A stretch of 18,818 bases of DNA from Armatimonadota bacterium (GTDB lineage Bacteria > Armatimonadota > UBA10988), in NCBI GenBank assembly GCA_016235455.1, contig JACRKZ010000056.1, positions 1 to 18,818 of the forward strand, read 5' to 3'. The notes under the pieces are model-generated. The model was not told the origin of the DNA. It was given only the letters and a program-made list of their open reading frames with translations, and did not search any database. Below are positions 8,333 through 16,522 of this stretch, piece by piece. Both the position numbers and the translations under genes were made by a program. Position 1 is the first letter of the stretch. Every line of letters starts with the position of its first letter.

Positions 8333-9241
8333 TTACTGCGGCGAACCCGTCGGCTGGGGCCGACATTCGCGCGGCTCCGTCGCCACGACTCGTTCCACCG
8401 TCACGCCGGATGCCCCCATGCGTATCGTTACCACAAGCCCGTTGGAGACTTTCGGGCCACTCCGGTCGAAGATGCAGTTGCCCAGGCTGTAGACGATGGG
8501 TCGCTCGCGGTACGTCTCGACCGGCTGCGCGACATGCGGGTGGTGGCCCAGCACGAGGTCCGCGCCGGCGTCCACCAGGGCGTGGCCAAGCTGCTTCTGG
8601 CGGTCGCTGGCCGTGGCCCGATACTCCTGCCCCCAGTGCACGCTGACCACCAGCCGGTCGACCTGCGCGCGAGCCGCGGCCACCTCGTTGGCCAACGTCG
8701 ACTCGTCGAGAGTGGCCAGGCAAGCGTCGTCCTCGGCCGGCAGGTAGTCCTCTGGCGGCCAGTCGGTATAGGCCACAAAGCCCAGCTTCAGCCCGCCGCG
8801 CTCGACGATAACGGGCCGCACCGCGCCGGCTCGGCCCTGGCCCGCGCCGGGCGCTGCGAGGCCCCAGCGCAGCAGGTTGGCCAGCGTCTGGCGCAGTCCC
8901 TCGCGGCCGTAGTCGAAGGTGTGGTTGTTGGCCACCGAGACAATGTCGATGCCGCCCGTGCGCAGCACCGCCTCAACCTGCTCGGGCTCGCCGCGGAAGC
9001 AGAACGGCTTGGGCACCGGCGTGCCGCCAACGGTGACCGGGCACTCCAGATTGGCAAAGCGCAGGTCGGCGTCGGCCAGCAGGCTGGCGATGGGCGCCCA
9101 CAGCCAGGCCGGGCCATGCTCGGCGATGCGCTGGGGCACGGTGCGCGCCAGCAGCACATCGCCCACGGCCACCAGCCGCAGGCTGGGCTCGGGCGGCGGC
9201 GCGGCAAGCACACAGGTCAGGAGTAGTGCGACCAGAGCCAT
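8333..9241 (-). CDS. CapA/PgsA-family metallophosphoesterase-fold protein, exported
   Basis: Signal-peptide-like N-terminus; AVGDVLL, ANLECP, SVANNHTFDYG, SVHWGQEY, LGHHPHV and YSLGNCIFD motifs. Confidence 0.92.
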   Translation of the reverse strand: MALVALLLTCVLAAPPPEPSLRLVAVGDVLLARTVPQRIAEHGPAWLWAPIASLLADADLRFANLECPVTVGGTPVPKPFCFRGEPEQVEAVLRTGGIDIVSVANNHTFDYGREGLRQTLANLLRWGLAAPGAGQGRAGAVRPVIVERGGLKLGFVAYTDWPPEDYLPAEDDACLATLDESTLANEVAAARAQVDRLVVSVHWGQEYRATASDRQKQLGHALVDAGADLVLGHHPHVAQPVETYRERPIVYSLGNCIFDRSGPKVSNGLVVTIRMGASGVTVERVVATEPRECRPQPTGSPQ

Positions 9242-9244
9242 GCG

Positions 9245-11216
9245 TCAGCAACCCGTGTTCATGATGCGGCGCTCGGTCTCCGTGGTGCGGGTCTTGACTC
9301 CGGGTCCGATGAAGACCGAGGACGTCCATGACGGCATGGGCTCGGCCTTGCCGTCGCGCAGCCGTTTCTGCCACTGTTCGTCGGTCATGCGCTCGGTCGT
9401 CTTCACCTTGAACTCGTACCAAGTGAAGGTCGCCCCGCGCGCGGCCACCAACTTACCACCGTGGTTGACAATGACCCACAGCTCGGCGGGCTGGCCCACG
9501 GCCTCCGTCAGGGCGTAGGGGCCACTGGTGTGCACATCAGCCACCAGGGCCATGTTGCGGTCGGCGCGGCTCTCCAGATTCCAGTAGCTGGCTGGCCGGC
9601 CGGTGGTGGCCAGGCCCACGACGGTCAGCATGAGCCGCTCGGTCTGGCCGCCGTAGTACTCGATGCCGCGCAGATCGTCCTTCGAGAGCGGTTGCCCGGC
9701 GAGTTCCTTGCGGCTCACCTCAGCCAGCCAGTCGAGCATGGTGGCGAACTCGCCGAACTGCTCGGCCAACTGCTGGCCGGTATAGGCGTTGTCGTCGCCG
9801 CCGCCCTTCTTACCCAGCAGTCCGAGGTCGGCCAGCCCGTCGCGGCTCATGCGCAATAGCCGCGCCAGCCGCTCATACACGGCCACCTCGGGCTCCACGT
9901 AGCCCAACGGCGGCGCCGGCGGCTCGGGCTCGCTGCCGCCACACTCGGAGGTGCTCTGCTTGGCGTACAGAATGGTGTCGTGCCGCAGTTCGGTCCAGGA
10001 CCCCAAGAAGCACACCAACTGCTTGTCCAGCCAGGCCGGCGACTGCATGAACCGCGGCCAACCCGGCCCCTTGGGCTCCAGCAGCGGCTGCAGAGCCCGG
10101 AGCCACCCGTAGTAGAGGTTCTGGTCCCAGTCCGAAGGGCTAAGCGCGACCACTTCGGCCCGCATCTTGGCGCGTTGCGTCGCGTAGCCGTCGAACTTAG
10201 GCTGCTGGTAGAGGTCGTCCAGCAGGCCTATCGCGCGGGCGCTGCCTAGGACCGCGGGCACATCCAAGCCCAGCGGGAAGCCACGACCCGTGCGGGGAGC
10301 GACGGTCTCCCGGAACACGCGGGAATCCAGGATGAACCGCTGGCCCATGATCTTGTAGCTGATCGCCCCGGCTTCGATGCCCTGCTGGCGCATGGTCGGT
10401 GTCAGCTTCCAGAACGCTTCGAGGCGCTCTTGCTCGCCGAAGCTGTCGATGCGTTCGGGGTCGAAGCAGCGCCGCAAGAAGGGCTGCAAGTCCTCGTGAG
10501 TCAGGTCGTCGGCCACCCCCACCATGAACGCCGTCGGCTCGTAGACCCGGCGCCACAGACCGCGCGCCTCGTCGTCGCCGACCAGTTGGTGGGTCAGCAA
10601 CAGCGATCGGACGGTACACTCGGGCACGCCTGGACCGAGAGGGCGCGGCACCAAACCCAGCCACATCATGGCGCGGAAGTACTGCCCCAGCTCGGGCGTG
10701 CGCGTGTAGTGGCCACGGACGATGAACTGGGTGAAGTCGACCCGAACCCCGACGTCCCGTCCCGCCGGCGCGGACCGCGGGCGTGTGGTCGGCGCGATAG
10801 CCGGCCAGGTTCAGCTCGTACATGCGCTCGCAGAAGCGCAGGCAGTTGTCGCGCAGCCGGCTCGCCTCCAGCCAGCGCAGCACGAAATCGTAGAAGATAT
10901 GCCAGGTATGCAGCACCGAGTCGGTAGTGACAAACGATGGCAGCCGCCGGTACTCGTTGTTCTCGTAGATGGCGTAGAGCTGCTCATCGGGCGTGGTCTG
11001 GGCGAAGAAGCCCTGCCCGCCGAGCGCCTGCCGTTGTGCCGCGGTGAGCGTGGGCAACTGCTTGGCGTTGCTCACGTTGCTCAGGTCGGCGGACACCCGG
11101 TAGTCCGGCGCCATGGCCACTATAGGCTTGTCCGGCCGTGGCGGCGGCGCGAAACCCGCGCCCTGCACCGCCACCGACAGCAGCACCGTCCACCACCACA
11201 CCCTTGCGCGCGCCAT
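9245..11216 (-). pseudogene. DUF3160-like exported protein, frameshifted with apparent internal deletion near 10745-10810
   Basis: The N-part (signal peptide, FVTTDSVLHTWH.FYD..LR.LE) starts at ATG 11216. The C-part (VDFTQFIVRGHYTR, YFRAMMWLG, MGQRFILDS, LGSWTELRHDTILYAKQS, GYVEP, ALVADVHT) is in a different frame ending at 9245. The span of 1972 nt is not a multiple of 3. Family assignment is from recalled motifs. Confidence 0.8.
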
Positions 11217-11220
11217 GGCC

Positions 11221-12210
11221 TTACTCCCCTCTGACGAGATGCACCTGACCTTCCCACTGGCCCCACAACCGTCCGTCCCACTCGACCAGCCCGTCGAGTG
11301 ACGGCGGCACGGGGCTCAACGGCGCCAGACGATAGCCTTGGCCGTCGACGACGACCCGCCAGGCCTGGTCCGGCGCCAGCACCACCACCTGCCCGCCGAT
11401 GGCCGCCACATGCGCCGCGCCGGGCAGGACGTCCGAGCGCCACTCGCCCTCATAGCCAAAACCGATGGCCTGGTAGACGGTGAGCGACGGCTGCTCGTCC
11501 TGATCGTGCTCCAACCCAACCATGCGCCATCGGCCATCGCCGCGCAAGTCGGCATGCGCGACTTGCAGATAGGGGCGCGACAGCCGCGAGCCCAGCCACA
11601 CGGGCTCGACCAGATCGCCCTGCCAACGGTACAGAAAGTGGCAGCGGTGCGGCTCGGGCCAGAAGCGTGTGGCCCGGTAGGTGCTGACCGCCAGCCGCGG
11701 CTCATCGTCCACGCGGCTGACACCCAGGTGCCACGGGCGGTAGGCATCGCGCACCGCCTCGACCCAGGTCACGCGCCCGGTGCCCAGGTCGAGCCGCCAC
11801 ACGCGCGAATCGGCCAGCACCGGCTCGTCCGGCCGGCCGGTGAGCACGACCAGCGCGCGCGACCCGTCGGGAGCGGGGACGATCTGCTCCACACGCTGGG
11901 CAAACGACGCGACCTGCCGCCAGAGCGCGCCGTCGAGCCGCAGCACGCGGTCGGCGCGCAGGCCGTAGAGCTGGCCGTCGGCGCCGACCGCCAGCGAGCG
12001 CAAGCCGGGCGACGGCACGGGTGGCAGCGGCGTCCAGTCGGGCGCGGCGTAGCGCCGCAGGTAACCGCCATCAAGTGCGACGAGTTGCGCCGGCGAGGTG
12101 GGTATCACCGCCGCGCGTGGCGTGGCGTGGGCGACGACGGCCAGCAGACACGTGAACAGCGGCGGCACAAGGGCCACCCGTGCCCATCGCCCCTGGACTC
12201 CAGCAACCAT
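11221..12210 (-). CDS. Hypothetical exported protein, beta-propeller/FG-GAP-like repeats
   Basis: Signal-peptide-like N-terminus, GGAGG RBS, beta-rich repeats, PVWLGSRLSRP and ADLRGDG motifs. Its stop lies 4 nt from the next start. Confidence 0.75.
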   Translation of the reverse strand: MVAGVQGRWARVALVPPLFTCLLAVVAHATPRAAVIPTSPAQLVALDGGYLRRYAAPDWTPLPPVPSPGLRSLAVGADGQLYGLRADRVLRLDGALWRQVASFAQRVEQIVPAPDGSRALVVLTGRPDEPVLADSRVWRLDLGTGRVTWVEAVRDAYRPWHLGVSRVDDEPRLAVSTYRATRFWPEPHRCHFLYRWQGDLVEPVWLGSRLSRPYLQVAHADLRGDGRWRMVGLEHDQDEQPSLTVYQAIGFGYEGEWRSDVLPGAAHVAAIGGQVVVLAPDQAWRVVVDGQGYRLAPLSPVPPSLDGLVEWDGRLWGQWEGQVHLVRGE

Positions 12211-12277
12211 CGGTGCCTCCGCTCAGCACTTCGCGCTGGCCGCGCGTGGTCCTCCGCCAGCGCAGCCGAGGCTTCTC

Positions 12278-12312
12278 TTGACACCCGCGCACTGATGCGA
12301 CAACATCAGATG
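12278..12312 (+). promoter_or_regulatory. vapBC promoter with overlapping palindromic operator
   Basis: Perfect TTGACA (12278-12283), 17-nt spacer, weak -10 CAACAT (12301-12306). Inverted repeat CTGATG-N6-CATCAG (12292-12309) and CATC-A-GATG (12304-12312). Confidence 0.65.
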
Positions 12313-12313
12313 C

Positions 12314-12562
12314 ATGCGCACCACACTCACCATCGATGACGACATCCTGATGGCGGCCAAGGAGCTGGCCGCCATCAGGCACAGCTCGGCCGGCGCCGTC
12401 TTGAGCGACCTGGCGCGCCGCGGGCTGCGCGCACCGGACGCCGAGCCCGTGGCTGCGGCGCCGCCCGTGTTCCGCAACGGGTTCGAGGTGTTCCCGGCGG
12501 ATGGCCCCATCGTCACGAACGAGATCGTGCGACGGCTGGGCGACGAAACGGAGGACCTGTGA
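12314..12562 (+). CDS. vapB: VapB-type antitoxin (ribbon-helix-helix)
   Basis: MRTTLTIDDDILMAAKELA..S.GAVLSDLARRGL N-terminus and acidic C-terminus; GTGA overlap with the PIN gene. Confidence 0.88.
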   Translation: MRTTLTIDDDILMAAKELAAIRHSSAGAVLSDLARRGLRAPDAEPVAAAPPVFRNGFEVFPADGPIVTNEIVRRLGDETEDL

Positions 12563-12990
12563 GTCCGTCGTTGCTCGATGTATGCGTGCTGATCGCGCTG
12601 CTGGACGCCAGCCATCTGCGTCACAGGGATGCGCACCTGTGGCTGGCGGCTCACCGCTCAGCCGGTTGGGCCACCTGTCCGCTGGTCCAGAACGGCTGCG
12701 TCCGCATCATGGCACAGCAGTCCTACCCTCGGCCGCGGCCCTTGCTGGAGGTGGCCCGCCGCCTCGGGCAAGCCACCTCTGCTCCAGACCACCGGTTCTA
12801 CCCGGACGATATCAGCCTGGTGACTGACGGCACATGCGACCTCAGCGTCGTCGTCTCGCCGAACCGCCTGACGGACGTATACCTTCTCGCGCTCGCCGTG
12901 CGGCACGGCAGCCGCCTGGTCACGTTCGATCAGCGCATCTCGCTATCCGCAGTGCCCGGCGCCACCGCCGACCACCTGCTGGTCCTATGA
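12559..12990 (+). CDS. vapC: VapC-type PIN-domain ribonuclease toxin
   Basis: LLDVCVLIAL, TCPLVQNGCVRI, LTDVYLLALA and LVTFD PIN-domain motifs. Confidence 0.9.
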   Translation: MSPSLLDVCVLIALLDASHLRHRDAHLWLAAHRSAGWATCPLVQNGCVRIMAQQSYPRPRPLLEVARRLGQATSAPDHRFYPDDISLVTDGTCDLSVVVSPNRLTDVYLLALAVRHGSRLVTFDQRISLSAVPGATADHLLVL

Positions 12991-12998
12991 CCCGCCTG

Positions 12999-13007
12999 TG
13001 GTATCAT
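12999..13007 (+). promoter_or_regulatory. Extended -10 promoter (TGgTATCAT), probably giving a leaderless transcript for the membrane protease-leuS unit
   Basis: TG-G-TATCAT ends 8 nt before the in-frame GTG at 13016; no RBS precedes that GTG. Confidence 0.5.
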
Positions 13008-13015
13008 CCCGCTCC

Positions 13016-13948
13016 GTGAGCGAGTTGCCGACCAGCATCACGAGCGCCCGCCCGCCAGCCGAGCGACTGGCGCGGTTCGCGCCGGCCCTGGCCTTGGGCT
13101 ACGGCCTGGTGCTCTATGGCCTGGATGTGGTCACGGTGCCCAGCGCCACCGCCGCCATCGTGCTCACCGGGCTGGGCTACGTGGCGCTGACGGCGCTGGT
13201 GCTGCTTAGCGCCGCCGGGCTGGCCGCGCTGCCCCTGCCGCGCTGGTCCGAGCCGCTCATGCTGGCTGCCGGCGCCGGCGCCTGGTATGGCTTCACCCAT
13301 GTCTCGCCGCCTCATCGCGGCCTGCCGTCGTGGGCCGCGGCCGGCGCGGCGGTGGCCATGATCGTGGCCACGGTGGGCCTGGCCCGACTGCTGGTCACCT
13401 GGCTGCTGCGCGAGAAGAACCTGTTGCCCGTGTGCCTGGTGCTGATGGGTGTGGTCGACCTGTGGGGCGTCACCTTCGGCTTCACCGCCCATGCCCTGGC
13501 CACCAACCCCGAGGCCGTAGCCAAGGCGTCCGCGGCGCTGCCCGCGGTGCAGAGCAGCGTGCCTCTGCCGCCCGGCTTCGTGCTGCCGGATCTGAGCATC
13601 GGGCCGGGCGATGTGCTGTTCATGGCGCTGGTGTTGGGCGTGGTGGTGCGCCATGGGCTGTCGCTACGAGCCAATCTGGCCTGGATGTTCGGGCTGCTGT
13701 TGGTCGGCCTGGGCTTAGCATTGTTCACGCCCTGGGCGATACCGGGACTTATCTTCATTGGTCTCGCGGGCCTCGTGGCCAATCGCGGGCAATGGGACTA
13801 CAGCGAGGCTGAGAAGCGCTCGCTTAAGCTGGCGGCGGCGATCATGCTGCCGATCCTGGTGGCGGCGGGACTGCTCTACCAGGCCCATGTGGCGTCGCTG
13901 CCGACGCCGGCTGACCAGATGGACCGAGGGAATCATGGAAAAGGCTGA
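13016..13948 (+). CDS. Polytopic membrane protein, presenilin/signal-peptide-peptidase-like GxGD aspartic protease
   Basis: About 9 hydrophobic segments; TM Asp in MGVVDLWGV, LSIGPGDVLF (GxGD) and WAIPGL (PAL-like). The start could instead be 12998. Confidence 0.72.
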   Translation: MSELPTSITSARPPAERLARFAPALALGYGLVLYGLDVVTVPSATAAIVLTGLGYVALTALVLLSAAGLAALPLPRWSEPLMLAAGAGAWYGFTHVSPPHRGLPSWAAAGAAVAMIVATVGLARLLVTWLLREKNLLPVCLVLMGVVDLWGVTFGFTAHALATNPEAVAKASAALPAVQSSVPLPPGFVLPDLSIGPGDVLFMALVLGVVVRHGLSLRANLAWMFGLLLVGLGLALFTPWAIPGLIFIGLAGLVANRGQWDYSEAEKRSLKLAAAIMLPILVAAGLLYQAHVASLPTPADQMDRGNHGKG

Positions 13949-16517
13949 ACGGTACGACTTCCGGCAGATCGAGCGCGCCTGGCAGGCGCGGTGGCATGAG
14001 CGCGACCTGTTCGCGGTGCCCGCCGACGACCAGCGCGAGAAGTTCTACTACCTCGACATGTTCCCCTACCCGTCGGGCAACCTGCACATGGGTCACCTGC
14101 GCAATTACACCATCGGCGATGTGGTGGCGCGCTATCAGACCATGCGTGGCAAGGCTGTGCTGCATCCCATGGGCTGGGACGCCTTTGGCCTGCCCGCCGA
14201 GAACGCCGCCATCAAGCGCCAGGTGCACCCCGACCCGTGGACGCGCCGCTGCATCGAAGAGATGCACCGCCAACTGGACATGCTGGGCATCAGCTTCAAC
14301 TGGGACCGCGAGGTCAACACCAGCTCGGTCGAGTACTACCACTGGACCCAGTGGCTGTTCCTGCAGTTCCTCAAGGCCGGCCAGGTGAGCCGCGCTGAAT
14401 CCATGGTGAACTGGTGCACCGGCTGCCAGACCGTGCTGGCCAACGAGCAGGTCATGGCCGACGGCACCTGCGAACGCTGCGACCAGGTGGTCAACAAGAA
14501 GCGCCTGGAGCAGTGGTTCTACAAGACCACAGACTATGCCCAGCGTCTGCTGGACGACCTGGAGGAGCTCAACGAGTGGCCTGAGCAGGTGCGCACCATG
14601 CAGCGCAACTGGATCGGCCGCAGCTCGGGCGTCGAGTTCGAGTGGCAGGTGGCGGACAGCGACATCCGCTTCCGCGTCTTCACCACGCGCGTCGACACCG
14701 TGTTCGGCGTGACCTTCATGGTGCTGGCGCCCGAGCATCCGCTGGTGGAGCAACTGACCAAGGGCTCCGAGCAGGAGGCCCAGGTCAAGGCGTTTGTGCA
14801 GTCGGTGCTGGCCTCCGACCAGTTCGCGCGGTCCAGCGCCGAGGCGCCCAAGGAAGGCATCTTCACCGGCGCGTATGCCATTCACCCGCTGACCGGCGTG
14901 CGCGTGCCCATCTGGATCGCCAACTACGTCATGATGGACTACGGCACCGGCGCCATCATGGCCGTGCCCGCCCACGACGAGCGCGACTACGCCTTTGCCC
15001 GCAAGTACGATCTGGCCATCCCGCCGGTCATCGTGCCCGAAGGCCAGACGCCCGAGACGCTGGCCCTGCCCTACAGCGGCGAGGGCCTGCAGGCCAATTC
15101 CGGTCAGTTCGACGGTATGCCCAACCGGCAGGCCATGACCGCCATCGCCGAGTGGATGGAGGCCGAGGGCCTGGGCCAGCGCACGGTCAACTTCCGCCTG
15201 CGCGACTGGTGCCTGAGCCGCCAGCGCTACTGGGGCTGCCCGATCCCCATGGTGTACTGCGACACCTGCGGCTGCGTGCCCGTGCCGGAGGACCAACTGC
15301 CGGTCATCCTGCCCACCGATGTGGAGTTCACCGGCCGCGACAATCCGCTGGAGACCAGCCCCACCTTCCAGCACACCACCTGCCCCACCTGCGGCGGGCC
15401 GGCGCGACGCGAGACCGACACGATGGACACGTTCGTCGACAGCTCGTGGTACTTCCTGCGCTACGCCAGCCAGCCGAGCGATGCGGCCTTCTGCCGTTCG
15501 GAACTGGACCGCTGGATGCCGGTCGACCAGTACGTGGGCGGCATCGAACATGCCACCATGCACTTGATCTACGCGCGCTACTTCACCAAGGTGCTGTACG
15601 ACCTGGGCCTGGTCGGCGTCACCGAGCCGTTCGCGCGTCTGTTCACCCAGGGCATGGTGACCAAGGCCGCCTGGTGGTGCGCGCAGGAAAAGAAGTGGTA
15701 TACCGAGCCGGCCGACCTGGTCGACGGCACCACCACGCCCGCCGGCCATGCCGTCGAGCGCCAGGTGGCCAAGATGTCCAAGTCGATTGGCAATGTCGTC
15801 GCGCCCGAGACGATCTGCGAGTCCTCTGGCGCGGACACCGGCCGCTGCTACATCCTGTTCATCGGGCCGCCCGAGGCAGAGGCCGAGTGGCAGGACGACG
15901 GCATCAGCGGCGTCCATCGCTGGCTGAGCCGAGTGTGGCGCGTGGGCGTGCGTAGCGCCGAGGCCTGGCTGCCCGGCTGGCGCGAGGTGCTGGCCACCGC
16001 CGAACTCGACGCCGACCAGAAGGCGCTGCGGCAGAAGCTGCACCAGACCATCGAGAAGGTCACCAGCGACATCGAGCGTTTCAGCTTCAACACCGCCATC
16101 GCCGCGCTGATGGAGCTGATCAACACCGCGGCGCCGTTTGCCGACAAGAAGCTGCCCAGCGGCACCGATGTCGATCGCGCCGTCTACTCGGAACTGGCCG
16201 AGCACCTGGCGCTGATGCTCAGCCCGTTCGCGCCGCACCTGGCCGACGAGATCTGGGCTGCTACCGGCCACGAGAACACGACCTACGAAGCCTCTTGGCC
16301 CAGCCACGACGCCGCAGCCGCGCGCCGCGACCGTATCACGATCGTGGTGCAGGTCAATGGCAAGCTGCGCGACAAGCTGGAGATCGACGCCGACATGGCC
16401 GAGGACGCCGTGAAGGACCTGGCCCTGGCCTCCGAGCGCGTGCAGTCGCAGATCTCCGGCAAGGAGATCCGCAAGCTGGTCTACGTGCCGGGCCGGCTGG
16501 TCAGCATCGTCGTCTGA
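13935..16517 (+). CDS. leuS: Leucine--tRNA ligase
   Basis: MFPYPSGNLHMGH (HIGH), editing domain FTTRVDT..GTGAIMAVPAHDERD, RLRDW..SRQRYWG, KMSKS and VVQVNGKLR motifs. True start is ATG 13935 (MEKAERYDF) with a GAGG RBS, not 13758. Confidence 0.98.
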   Translation: MEKAERYDFRQIERAWQARWHERDLFAVPADDQREKFYYLDMFPYPSGNLHMGHLRNYTIGDVVARYQTMRGKAVLHPMGWDAFGLPAENAAIKRQVHPDPWTRRCIEEMHRQLDMLGISFNWDREVNTSSVEYYHWTQWLFLQFLKAGQVSRAESMVNWCTGCQTVLANEQVMADGTCERCDQVVNKKRLEQWFYKTTDYAQRLLDDLEELNEWPEQVRTMQRNWIGRSSGVEFEWQVADSDIRFRVFTTRVDTVFGVTFMVLAPEHPLVEQLTKGSEQEAQVKAFVQSVLASDQFARSSAEAPKEGIFTGAYAIHPLTGVRVPIWIANYVMMDYGTGAIMAVPAHDERDYAFARKYDLAIPPVIVPEGQTPETLALPYSGEGLQANSGQFDGMPNRQAMTAIAEWMEAEGLGQRTVNFRLRDWCLSRQRYWGCPIPMVYCDTCGCVPVPEDQLPVILPTDVEFTGRDNPLETSPTFQHTTCPTCGGPARRETDTMDTFVDSSWYFLRYASQPSDAAFCRSELDRWMPVDQYVGGIEHATMHLIYARYFTKVLYDLGLVGVTEPFARLFTQGMVTKAAWWCAQEKKWYTEPADLVDGTTTPAGHAVERQVAKMSKSIGNVVAPETICESSGADTGRCYILFIGPPEAEAEWQDDGISGVHRWLSRVWRVGVRSAEAWLPGWREVLATAELDADQKALRQKLHQTIEKVTSDIERFSFNTAIAALMELINTAAPFADKKLPSGTDVDRAVYSELAEHLALMLSPFAPHLADEIWAATGHENTTYEASWPSHDAAAARRDRITIVVQVNGKLRDKLEIDADMAEDAVKDLALASERVQSQISGKEIRKLVYVPGRLVSIVV

Positions 16518-16522
16518 CCGGC

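Noticed and set aside
12223-12654. 143-aa minus-strand ORF ending just before the exported repeat gene
   Set aside because: It is antisense to vapB/vapC, which have clear motifs and a promoter.
13758-13934. 59-aa N-terminal extension of LeuRS in the ORF track
   Set aside because: It overlaps the upstream membrane protein. LeuRS similarity and an RBS begin at ATG 13935.
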